IMG/VR virus record: IMGVR_UViG_3300009184_000001 | Span: 1 to 64,000 of that record | Strand: one strand, 5' to 3' | Source: a virus | DNA length: 64,000 nt | Program-made: the position numbers and the translations under genes | In this document: piece after piece, positions 55,438 to 63,931 of the stretch | Position numbering within the stretch: the first letter of the stretch is position 1 | Layout of the letters: every line of letters begins with the position of its first letter | The notes under the pieces: generated by a model | What the model was told of the DNA's origin: nothing | What the model saw: the letters and a program-made list of their open reading frames with translations, nothing else | Databases searched by the model: none

Positions 55438-55580
55438 TGACTGAGCACAATCAATATTATGTAAAGTTCAAGCCATTTGATATAGCCGTAGCCCTAAAAG
55501 GTAACGCTGTGCCTAATGGTTGGGTAAGGATAAGCCATAGTATGTGGCTTATGTTAGTAGCACTAAAGACAAGGAGATAA
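55437..55580 (+). CDS. Hypothetical 47-aa protein
   Basis: TAATG coupling; MTEHNQYYVKFKPF... Confidence 0.55.
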   Translation: MTEHNQYYVKFKPFDIAVALKGNAVPNGWVRISHSMWLMLVALKTRR

Positions 55581-55582
55581 CA

Positions 55583-55738
55583 GTGCAACTTATATGTAAT
55601 GAGTGCGACTTCAATAGAGTCGCTAAATATAGACAGAGTGCTAAGCGTTTCTTGCGAATGTTTCACGTGGAACATTGGCACTACGCACAGTTGATTAGCT
55701 GTTCACAAGCATTCCGTAACAAGCCAAGGGGTATGTAA
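55583..55738 (+). CDS. Small C2H2-like protein
   Basis: GTG after AAGGAG; ICNEC...FHVEHWH. Confidence 0.6.
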   Translation: MQLICNECDFNRVAKYRQSAKRFLRMFHVEHWHYAQLISCSQAFRNKPRGM

Positions 55739-55956
55739 TGGCTATGTGTAGGAAGTGTGACTCCGAGGGTCACAAGACTAAGGCAGAGTTCGCAATAATT
55801 GTGAAACGAGCCCTGCATACATACAAAGATAACAACCAAGTAGATAGGTCATTTTTTGTAGATGTAAGTCCACGTATCAAGGCGTATCTATGCCAACCCT
55901 GCCTGAAATACACAAAAGAAACCGAAGTAGTTCAGTTTGATACTGAAGTGCTCTAA
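55738..55956 (+). CDS. Small zinc-binding protein
   Basis: CRKC ... CQPC. Confidence 0.65.
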   Translation: MAMCRKCDSEGHKTKAEFAIIVKRALHTYKDNNQVDRSFFVDVSPRIKAYLCQPCLKYTKETEVVQFDTEVL

Positions 55957-55970
55957 CAAAGGAGATAACA

Positions 55971-56153
55971 ATGGCTAGTTCGCTAACCGAATTACAGTAT
56001 AGGCAAGGCACACTCACTAATAGATTAGAGAGATTGCTAAGCTTACAATCTATGATGGCTAACCCTGACAAGCGTTTAGAGAATGATATAAGACTGACAC
56101 GCTTGTCCCTAGATGATGTGAGGAAACAAATTGCCAACAGAAACAATCGCTAG
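55971..56153 (+). CDS. Small coiled-coil protein
   Basis: AAGGAG RBS, 60 aa. Confidence 0.7.
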   Translation: MASSLTELQYRQGTLTNRLERLLSLQSMMANPDKRLENDIRLTRLSLDDVRKQIANRNNR

Positions 56154-56454
56154 TATTGCCAGCCAGCCTAGCCAACACAAACAAACTAAGTGGGTCACAA
56201 CCACTAAAGATTACCCAACATATAGTCTTACAGCACAGATGGGTAGAACCATCAGACGACTTCGTACAAACCAAGATAAAACATTACGACAACTTGCTGA
56301 CACAAGTTATATAGCATTGTCTTTCTTGGCTGAAGTAGAAACAGGTAAAAAGAACGCTAGTCCACATACTGTTGAAAGCATATGCATAGGGCTAGGAATA
56401 ACAACGCTAGAGTTCATGCAAGAACTCTGCGTAACAATAGAAAAAGGATGGTAA
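56131..56454 (+). CDS. XRE-family helix-turn-helix regulator (true start probably further downstream)
   Basis: GRTIRRLRTNQDKTLRQLA...LSFLAEVETGKKNAS...ICIGLG. Confidence 0.85.
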   Translation: MPTETIASIASQPSQHKQTKWVTTTKDYPTYSLTAQMGRTIRRLRTNQDKTLRQLADTSYIALSFLAEVETGKKNASPHTVESICIGLGITTLEFMQELCVTIEKGW

Positions 56455-56456
56455 CA

Positions 56457-56756
56457 ATGGCTTATATAAATAGGTCCCCGCATCATTTGCACTATGACCC
56501 ATCAAATGATGAGTCAAAAAAATATGCTATGGAAAAAGCAAAACAATCATTCCTACAAGCATTAATAGATGGGCTTGAAACTAGGCAGTACACTTGGGAA
56601 GTTATAGGCGACCCAGACCTTGACCGTGTTCATCTAATCTCTTGTAAAAATGAGCAAGGAGCAAAAGAGTTTGCTAGCAAAGGGCTAGTAAATGGTGCAT
56701 CACTTGGTGCACTAATTGAATCACGAGTGTTGAAGTTGGAGGATTTCAATGAGTAA
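56457..56756 (+). CDS. Hypothetical protein
   Basis: Start moved to ATG 56457 after AAGGA. Confidence 0.65.
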   Translation: MAYINRSPHHLHYDPSNDESKKYAMEKAKQSFLQALIDGLETRQYTWEVIGDPDLDRVHLISCKNEQGAKEFASKGLVNGASLGALIESRVLKLEDFNE

Positions 56757-56919
56757 AAATATAGATATACCTAGAAAGCTATACTATCGCCTGATGTTCT
56801 GGCACCAGTTAGCCAAGTTTATATATATGCTACACCGTAAGGCTAAGTGGAGAGAAGACTTAGTTGGCATCAAAATCCATAACAACAATAACAAACAACT
56901 GAAAGAAGCAAGCAAATGA
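56749..56919 (+). CDS. Hypothetical 56-aa protein
   Basis: GGAGG RBS; MSKNIDIPRKLYYRLMFW...; overlaps both neighbours. Confidence 0.6.
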   Translation: MSKNIDIPRKLYYRLMFWHQLAKFIYMLHRKAKWREDLVGIKIHNNNNKQLKEASK

Positions 56920-57182
56920 CACTAGCAGAACAATACCGTAATGTAATCGCTGACCTAGAACAGGACATTGGTTATGAAGAGAGTGCACAAGAGACAGCAC
57001 TTAGTGTGCTCAAAGGCAGACTACACGAGATAGAGAACGTGTTGCCTGACCTGTTCAACGAAGACATTGACAAGATGTTTAGTTGGATACCTGAAGTGTT
57101 TGAAGAGACACCTACCACTCAAATTGTCGATGAGTTGAATGCTAGATTTAGTAAGTTCTCTCAAGAAGACGACAACAAATAA
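56916..57182 (+). CDS. Small acidic protein
   Basis: 88 aa, Asp/Glu-rich, ATGA coupling. Confidence 0.7.
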   Translation: MTLAEQYRNVIADLEQDIGYEESAQETALSVLKGRLHEIENVLPDLFNEDIDKMFSWIPEVFEETPTTQIVDELNARFSKFSQEDDNK

Positions 57183-57237
57183 GATTCTTTTAGCAATTCC
57201 GCTAACAGATAGCTATAACAAATAGAAAGGCACCACA

Positions 57238-57645
57238 ATGGCAGTAACAACAAGTATCCGAGTAGATACACAAGCAGCAAAGGCTAAACTTCAGGCTCGT
57301 CTTGACGACCACAAGAAAGCATTTGCTGCATACAATAAGGCAGTTGAAAAGTATGAAACTGACCTTGATAAATGGGCACTAAAGGTAATTAAGCACAAGG
57401 ATGCTATTAAAGTATCTGTAGGTCACGGTAACTCAGTAGGTGTAGAAGTTCCTCAGTCTATGCGAGACAGTAAGCCAGTTCATCCAAGGGAGATTGACTT
57501 TGCTGGTATGTTGAACTACCGTAGTTCATACAACTCACCAAGTGATGTAGAGGCCATTGAGAATGCCTTAGGTATTCTTGGGATTGCTATTGATGCAACA
57601 ATTAACGTCAATGCAATCAAAGGTGTTGGCTCATTCCTTAAGTAG
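57238..57645 (+). CDS. Hypothetical protein
   Basis: GAAAGG RBS, 135 aa. Confidence 0.75.
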   Translation: MAVTTSIRVDTQAAKAKLQARLDDHKKAFAAYNKAVEKYETDLDKWALKVIKHKDAIKVSVGHGNSVGVEVPQSMRDSKPVHPREIDFAGMLNYRSSYNSPSDVEAIENALGILGIAIDATINVNAIKGVGSFLK

Positions 57646-57646
57646 T

Positions 57647-58240
57647 ATGTAAGGAAATGGCACTAGGAGCAGAGATGTTCCTAGTGTCTAACCTTTACAT
57701 AAAGTAAAGGACGTAGTGCCTGTCTAGAACCAAGAGCTAAGATGCAATAGGACAAAAAGCATCCACTAGCCCCATCAAAGTAAGGGAAATTCCCCCAAAC
57801 GTGGACAGAGTCGATTAGGTTGTATGAGCATTTGTAACTCTAGAACTAGACAGGCACTACAAATTAAGAATTCTATGTAGCAATACATAGCATCTGGAGT
57901 GGGCGGCCAGTAAAAAGAAAACCCTATGTCGGTGCAAGACCGAACTTCTATGCTGTGGCGAACATAGTCGGAGTTGCTGTGGTTTTAATAGTAGTTGAGT
58001 TAGCGATTGCTGAGTGCGTTACTACTGGTCATTGTCCACTTAGTTTGACTAAGAATAATACGTAAGACGAACTCACATCAAGCCCCCTGTTACACTGTCA
58101 CACAATGAGTTTATATAACTAGTGCTGATGTAGCAGGGGGCTTGCTTATAACACAGAGCGGCTAGCCCGACACAAACACCTAGCCCATAAGTTTCCGTAG
58201 CAATACGGTTTGCTATTAGCAACCCCGCTAATAGCCAAAT
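57647..58240 (+). ncRNA. Candidate large structured non-coding RNA region
   Basis: About 600 nt with no ORF; many long stems, including a perfect 15-bp inverted repeat (57713-27/57846-60), two GTA-GCAA-TAC hairpins and a T-loop-like hairpin. Confidence 0.55.
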
Positions 58241-58263
58241 ATATATAGAAAGGTTGATGTCCT

Positions 58264-58638
58264 ATGGATAACAACGTGCCTAAGATTACTCAAGATAATC
58301 TACCTAATGATAGCTATTTCATTGTAAGAATGTGTGTTCATTGTCAGGATATTACAGACACTATAGCAGTACCATTTCATATGCCATTCCCTAGTGTACG
58401 AATTGCTAAAGCAATGATGCTAGGAATGATTGAAGATGCTATAGATGACGACAAGTCAGTGAACTTTACTGATGGAGTTGTACACATGACAGATGATGAG
58501 GGTGAGCAACACAAGTACATTCAGGCTATCATCCACATCACCAACAAGATTGTTTGGCGTCCAGGTGACGACGAGCAGATAGACTCTAAGTTCAACGACA
58601 TCATTGGTGCTCTTGACTTAGATACCCCAACCGAATAG
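58264..58638 (+). CDS. Hypothetical acidic protein
   Basis: GAAAGG RBS; CVHC. Confidence 0.7.
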   Translation: MDNNVPKITQDNLPNDSYFIVRMCVHCQDITDTIAVPFHMPFPSVRIAKAMMLGMIEDAIDDDKSVNFTDGVVHMTDDEGEQHKYIQAIIHITNKIVWRPGDDEQIDSKFNDIIGALDLDTPTE

Positions 58639-58649
58639 AAAGGCAACAA

Positions 58650-59984
58650 ATGTACGCAGCTATGATGAAGTGCCAAACTTCTACAGGAGATGTACGCACA
58701 GTCGCAGTAGTTCCTACTACTGATGATGTACGTATCTTCTCACGATTAGGAGAGGGGCGTGGTCGTGCTGGTGCTTGGCTAGAAGGAGATGTACTCATTG
58801 AACAAAATGAGTTACTTATTGGAAGCCCAGTATCACTCAAGACTACTCCGTCAGAAGACAGAGTAATCAACTCTACTATCACACCGTCAATGTTCTTGGT
58901 GAAGTTAGGCAAGAAATTGCCTGAAAGCAGCACACCTAGTTCAACGTCAGCACTAGAAGAGTTTCAATCTCTACTAGAGCAGGCATTGAATGACCCAAGT
59001 TCATTGTCTGTATATGAGCAAGCAATTGTTCATACACAAGCCACACCACAGCCAGTGGTGCAACAGCAGGTAGCAAGCCCGTTGCCTGTTCAACCCGAGA
59101 TGTCTAAGGAGACACCTATGGAATACTCACAACCCCTACCAGCATCAAGCAACAGCCACAGTGTATTGCTTGTGCCAGAAATCAAGCCACACTTCACTAG
59201 GACATTCGATGAACTAGACGAAGTAACTATCCTTGATTCAGCACGAGCAAGAAAAAAGACTGTGCTTATCACAGGTCCCGCTGGTACAGGCAAGACTAGT
59301 TGTGCTTACAACTATGCCGCAGTCAATCATCTACCATTCGTAGTTATTGAAGGCACACGACAGATTGACGAGACCAAGGTTCATGGTCGCTTCATTCCTA
59401 CTGGTGTTGGTAACAGCACTGCTTGGAAGTACAGTCAGTTCGTTACTGCTATCCAGCAACCGTCAGTAATCCTTATCAACGAGTTGAGTCGTATGCCTGC
59501 CAAAGCAGCCGACTTGTTCCTTCGTGTACTCAATGAGCGAGAACTAATCATTGACCAACTCAATGAGGTTATCAAGGTGCACCCTGAGTGTCTGTTCATT
59601 GTAGACCAGAACACAGGTACTGGCTATGCTGTTACAGCACAAGACAAGGCATTGCTTGACAGAATGCAACCTAAGATGGAGTTTGATTACGACATCAAGC
59701 TTGAGTCTAAGTTCATCAAGTCCGAGTCATTGCTGTTGTTTGCACAGTCTATTCGTGAAGCAGCGACTATGACTGACCAGTTCACAACACCTATGTCGCC
59801 TCGTATCCTGCTTGACTTCGTAGACAATGCTAAGCACCTCAACTTAGCATTCGCTGTGCGTTCATTGCTCAACAACTTCCCTAAGGATGATGGTGAGCGT
59901 GAAGCAGTCAAGATGACTCTAGACTCCAACATTGACGCTATTGCGTCAGAGTTGGGTGTAGAACTAGGCAGTTACTCAGCCTAG
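58650..59984 (+). CDS. MoxR/CbbQ/CobS-like AAA+ ATPase
   Basis: GPAGTGKT, VILINELSR, QNTGTGY, QDKALLDRM, MSPRIL. Confidence 0.88.
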   Translation: MYAAMMKCQTSTGDVRTVAVVPTTDDVRIFSRLGEGRGRAGAWLEGDVLIEQNELLIGSPVSLKTTPSEDRVINSTITPSMFLVKLGKKLPESSTPSSTSALEEFQSLLEQALNDPSSLSVYEQAIVHTQATPQPVVQQQVASPLPVQPEMSKETPMEYSQPLPASSNSHSVLLVPEIKPHFTRTFDELDEVTILDSARARKKTVLITGPAGTGKTSCAYNYAAVNHLPFVVIEGTRQIDETKVHGRFIPTGVGNSTAWKYSQFVTAIQQPSVILINELSRMPAKAADLFLRVLNERELIIDQLNEVIKVHPECLFIVDQNTGTGYAVTAQDKALLDRMQPKMEFDYDIKLESKFIKSESLLLFAQSIREAATMTDQFTTPMSPRILLDFVDNAKHLNLAFAVRSLLNNFPKDDGEREAVKMTLDSNIDAIASELGVELGSYSA

Positions 59985-60091
59985 TCCCTCAAGTCTTATG
60001 TAGCACAGTCGCGTTGGCTAGTCGGCTAGCCGACACAAACATCTAGCGTGACTGTGCTACCTAAGCACCAATACAATACAAGGAGAAATAT

Positions 60092-62029
60092 ATGCAAATA
60101 ATACCTAACGGTTACAATCCCCTTGAACTTGACAGTGATAAATATATTGCTGTCAATACCGACGTTGAAGACCTGAATGCTGAGCGTGCTGAGCGTATGA
60201 CGAGAGTCATATCTAAGTTCTCTAGTGCGATTACATCCCGGGTTGTCAATGTGTCTGTAGTAAATGACAAGCAGGTCAACCTGCCTAGTGCAGACGCTAC
60301 AGCGTGGTCAGATGCTGAGAACATCTGGTTCAATATAGACAAGTTAGGTGACCTCAATGACCCCGACACTGCGTTAGCAATCAAGGGTGTCAGTCTTCAC
60401 GAATTAGGTCACATACAACTAACACCTCGTGCTGGTAGCAATCTAGTCAAGTGGGTTCGCGGTAACAACTTTGAGCGTGCATTCAATATACTCGAAGACC
60501 AACGCACCGAGTTGTTCTTGTCTACTAAGTACAGTAACGTAAAGCACTGGTTCACAGCAGCAGTTACTAAGTATCTTATAGACAATCCACAAGCAATACC
60601 TAATGCGTTCCCACTCATACACGGTAGGTCATTCTTACCAGCAGAGTTGCGTCAAGCAATTCGTAGTGCGTATGCCAATCAATCTATAGCCAATCAGTTG
60701 GCTAGTATTATTGACAGGTACACAGTACTCAATCTATCTGACAGTGTTAGTATCCCTATAGCACAGCAGTTGATTAGAGAGTTCCACGAGTTGATTGCTT
60801 CAACTGGTCAAGGTTGGTCAGATGTACCTAACCCAGACAAGAATGGCAGTGGCGCAATTATGAAGTCATCAGAGAAGTCTAAGCCTATGAACAAAGCAGG
60901 TCAAGACCGTATCATTGACAAGATAAACAAAGAGCGTGGCAATCAGCAGTCTAATCCTAGTGGTGACGAAGAGGGTGAAGAGTATGAGCCTAGTGACGAG
61001 CCTAGTGATGAGCCCGGTGAAGATGGTGAGGGTGAGTCTAGTGACGGTGATGCACCTAAGCAACATCAACTTCCACAGTCTGACGGTAACCCCGGCAAGC
61101 AAGCAGGCGAAGGTGTTGAAGGTGCTACTAACAACGTTACACAGGTAGCACAGAAACATCTCAACAATGCTAAGCAGATATTGCGTGAAGACCTACAAGA
61201 TATGGTAGCCCAGTTCAATGGTGAGTCTTCACTTACTAGCAAGCATCAGAAAACACCAGAGCGTAGTTATTATGAGCGTGAGGTAGCTGTGCCTGTAGAC
61301 GTTGTTACTCAAGTCAAGTCATTCGTTAATCAACTAGAACTGATACGTGCTGAGCATGACCCAGGTTGGAAGCGTAGAGTTAGTGCTGGTAAGTTAAATG
61401 TTTATCGTTATATGACTGGTGCTGAGCCTGACGAAGTGTTTGACCTATGGGATGAGGGTCGTGAAGATGTTGTAGACATTGAGACCGTTGTCCTGCTAGA
61501 TAACTCAGGCTCTATGGGTTGGACTATTGACTCAGCACACGATTCTATGTGGGCTATCAAGCGTGCTATGGATAAGATAGGTGCTTCTACTACAGTAGTT
61601 ACTTTTGCTGATGATGCTCGTATATTGTACGGTGCCAATCAAAAAGCCAAGGTTACTAAAGCGTATGTAGGCGTAGCAGGTGGTACTAATCCTAAGCAAG
61701 CCGTTGACTATGCTAAGTACATTCTTGCTAACAGTGAGCGTGCTATCAAGATACTTATCGTCATCACTGATGGTGAATGGTGGAACTCAGAAGAGCAAGA
61801 TAGAATCATAAGTCAGATGCGTAAGGCTGGTGTTATTACAGCCCTAGGTTATATTGACCCTCGTGGTGCTTGGTCTGAAGAAAACAGGCAGAGGTTTGCT
61901 GATGATAGAAAACAGCAGGTCAATGGTCACGGTGCTGAGATTGTTGTAGCGTTAGACAACGGCAACTCACTGCTAAATCTTGCCAAAGCATTGGTCAAGG
62001 CTGGCATCAAACGTAACTTATCTAAGTAA
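60092..62029 (+). CDS. vWA-domain protein (CobT/NorD-like) with N-terminal HExxH and acidic linker
   Basis: HELGH, FNILEDQR; acidic EPSD linker; LLDNSGSM MIDAS, GGTNP, IVITDG. Confidence 0.88.
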   Translation: MQIIPNGYNPLELDSDKYIAVNTDVEDLNAERAERMTRVISKFSSAITSRVVNVSVVNDKQVNLPSADATAWSDAENIWFNIDKLGDLNDPDTALAIKGVSLHELGHIQLTPRAGSNLVKWVRGNNFERAFNILEDQRTELFLSTKYSNVKHWFTAAVTKYLIDNPQAIPNAFPLIHGRSFLPAELRQAIRSAYANQSIANQLASIIDRYTVLNLSDSVSIPIAQQLIREFHELIASTGQGWSDVPNPDKNGSGAIMKSSEKSKPMNKAGQDRIIDKINKERGNQQSNPSGDEEGEEYEPSDEPSDEPGEDGEGESSDGDAPKQHQLPQSDGNPGKQAGEGVEGATNNVTQVAQKHLNNAKQILREDLQDMVAQFNGESSLTSKHQKTPERSYYEREVAVPVDVVTQVKSFVNQLELIRAEHDPGWKRRVSAGKLNVYRYMTGAEPDEVFDLWDEGREDVVDIETVVLLDNSGSMGWTIDSAHDSMWAIKRAMDKIGASTTVVTFADDARILYGANQKAKVTKAYVGVAGGTNPKQAVDYAKYILANSERAIKILIVITDGEWWNSEEQDRIISQMRKAGVITALGYIDPRGAWSEENRQRFADDRKQQVNGHGAEIVVALDNGNSLLNLAKALVKAGIKRNLSK

Positions 62030-62041
62030 GGAGATAATAGA

Positions 62042-62806
62042 ATGGGTTACTGGATTAATCATAATATAAGGGCTGAAGGTAGTAAGGAAGATATAGAAGC
62101 GTTAGCATCTAAACTTACTCAACGTCGCCCTAAGTCATTGAATGATGAAGGAGATATAGTATGGAGTGAAGAAGAGTTTTCATTTTATAATATAATCTCT
62201 CCACCGGAAGAGATGATAAAGTCTGGAGAATGGTGGGAAGAAGAGGGCAATCAATGGAAACAACAACACTGGCAATGTTATGATGCACCTGCTGAAGAGT
62301 TTGATGTGTTTACGCCTTTTGGAAGTAATAACAGTAATACACGTATGCTTACCATACGTATTGATACTAAATACGATTGGCCAGTAGATATATTCCATGA
62401 GTTAATACGTCAATATCCTTCCATAAAATTTAGTATATGGTCTGAAGGTGAAGAGTCTGAAGCAATTCATATTACAGGTGTTCAAGGCTCATATAGTCAA
62501 GTAGACTATCCATCACCTAACTCTCACGCTGACTGGGAAAGCCGTGGTGATATAGATAGTTGTTGGTGTGGTAGTTATGATAACCCTGATGACTGGTATG
62601 AAGACTGCCCTAGAGATGACCCTAAAACATACAAGGTAGTAGTAACACATACCCATTATGTCAAAGCACTTTCTATGAAGGATGCTGCACTTGCAGTAGA
62701 AGCATACGATAATAACTTTAATATGCCAGAGGATACAGAGATGGTTAAATATAGTATCATACCTAATGTACTTGCTGAACTAGTAGATAAAGAGGAGGTG
62801 AAATAA
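62042..62806 (+). CDS. YubB/DUF1281 ferredoxin-like phage protein
   Basis: WINHNIRAEGS.EDI; FSFYNIISPPE; W...W...W; ELIRQYPSIKF. Confidence 0.6.
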   Translation: MGYWINHNIRAEGSKEDIEALASKLTQRRPKSLNDEGDIVWSEEEFSFYNIISPPEEMIKSGEWWEEEGNQWKQQHWQCYDAPAEEFDVFTPFGSNNSNTRMLTIRIDTKYDWPVDIFHELIRQYPSIKFSIWSEGEESEAIHITGVQGSYSQVDYPSPNSHADWESRGDIDSCWCGSYDNPDDWYEDCPRDDPKTYKVVVTHTHYVKALSMKDAALAVEAYDNNFNMPEDTEMVKYSIIPNVLAELVDKEEVK

Positions 62807-62998
62807 ATGATAGAAGATGAAAAAGAAGCAATGGCTGTTGTCCGTGCGTTACTTACAGCACGAACAATATATAGCAAAATGGTTTCTGATGCTTCAGAGG
62901 TGCTTGATAAAGAAGACATCGATAGAGCAACAGAAGACACAGAAATACTTACTAAAGTAATTGTCAAATTATTAGGTAAAGACCCAGACGTACAGTAG
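62807..62998 (+). CDS. Hypothetical protein
   Basis: GGAGGTG RBS, 63 aa. Confidence 0.7.
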   Translation: MIEDEKEAMAVVRALLTARTIYSKMVSDASEVLDKEDIDRATEDTEILTKVIVKLLGKDPDVQ

Positions 62999-63068
62999 TA
63001 TATACACAGGCTGACCTAGTCGGTAGTGGGCTAGGTCAGCCCAACACAAACAAACTAAGGAGCAACAA

Positions 63069-63434
63069 ATGGAAAAAGTACTAAGCATTACAACTGACAA
63101 CTCAGTTGAGATAAAAGAAGTAGACAGCATTGAATACGAAACATTATATGAAGCAGTCAATGGTTTAGTTGAGTTAGTTAGTATCAACGAAGACATTGAT
63201 ATGTGGTTAAACGAAGAAGGTAAACTGATTGGTCTTGAACCTAATGTTCTAGCAACCCTATTGTTTAACAAGGCGTTTAGTCAAAAGGATGTTATTATGG
63301 GCAACATCATTATTACAGGTGGAGCAGATGACGAAGGTAACACAGTAGGGCTATCAGATGCATCAATTATAGATATCTTTGCTATGCTACAAGACGCCAT
63401 CGACGAAGCAGTTAACTACACAGACAATGACTGA
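63069..63434 (+). CDS. DUF3846-like protein
   Basis: LYEAVNGLVE, MWLNEEGKLIGLEPNVLAT, DVIMGNIIITGGADDEG. Confidence 0.8.
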   Translation: MEKVLSITTDNSVEIKEVDSIEYETLYEAVNGLVELVSINEDIDMWLNEEGKLIGLEPNVLATLLFNKAFSQKDVIMGNIIITGGADDEGNTVGLSDASIIDIFAMLQDAIDEAVNYTDND

Positions 63435-63591
63435 TGTAGATACAACAAGGGTGTGCGGTTATTGCTATACCAAAAACCACGATAGATGTCGTCCAGTAAT
63501 TAAATGGTATGACAAAGAGTGGTATTGCTATTGTAAATGCCAAACTAAAGAAGGAGAAACAAATGAACACGATATACTGCCCGAGCTGTGA
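63427..63591 (+). CDS. Cys-rich micro-protein
   Basis: Start ATG 63427; CGYC...HDRC...CYCKC. Confidence 0.65.
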   Translation: MTDVDTTRVCGYCYTKNHDRCRPVIKWYDKEWYCYCKCQTKEGETNEHDILPEL

Positions 63592-63697
63592 TGAGCCTAC
63601 AACTCAATCAGCACTAGACAAATGGGAAATGTGTTACAACTGCGAAAAGCAAATGTGTCCAGAGTGTAGTCAACCATTCTGTGACCACGACCAGTAA
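63563..63697 (+). CDS. Cys-rich micro-protein
   Basis: ATG 63563 after AAGGAG; CPSC, CYNC, CPEC, CDH. Confidence 0.65.
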   Translation: MNTIYCPSCDEPTTQSALDKWEMCYNCEKQMCPECSQPFCDHDQ

Positions 63698-63707
63698 AGG
63701 GAAACAA

Positions 63708-63845
63708 ATGAGTAATGATTATATGGAGCCAACCACTTGTGATTGGTGTAGCAAAGTATATGAACTATCGGAAGGTGGGTATACAATGGGGGATAAGTTA
63801 TGCCCTGAATGTGTAAACACAATGGAAGAAACGAGATACGAATGA
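63708..63845 (+). CDS. Cys-rich micro-protein
   Basis: Hand translation: CDWC ... CPEC (45 aa). Confidence 0.6.
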   Translation: MSNDYMEPTTCDWCSKVYELSEGGYTMGDKLCPECVNTMEETRYE

Positions 63846-63931
63846 AGTGTGAACATAACCTAGTACATATTTACAAAAGACATGAGTGTGATGGGTGTTG
63901 TGCTCAAGTTATATTAAAGGAGGGAAAATGA
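63842..63931 (+). CDS. Cys-rich micro-protein (29 aa)
   Basis: MKCEH...CDGCC; ATGA overlaps on both sides. Confidence 0.5.
   Translation: MKCEHNLVHIYKRHECDGCCAQVILKEGK

Noticed and set aside
57713-57860. Retron msr-msd or MITE suggested by the 15-bp inverted repeat
   Set aside because: No RT or transposase nearby and no target-site duplication; kept only as a candidate ncRNA.
55276-61020. Short tandem repeats (TPV x2-3 near 55276; EPSD x2-3 near 60985)
   Set aside because: Ordinary low-complexity coding linkers.
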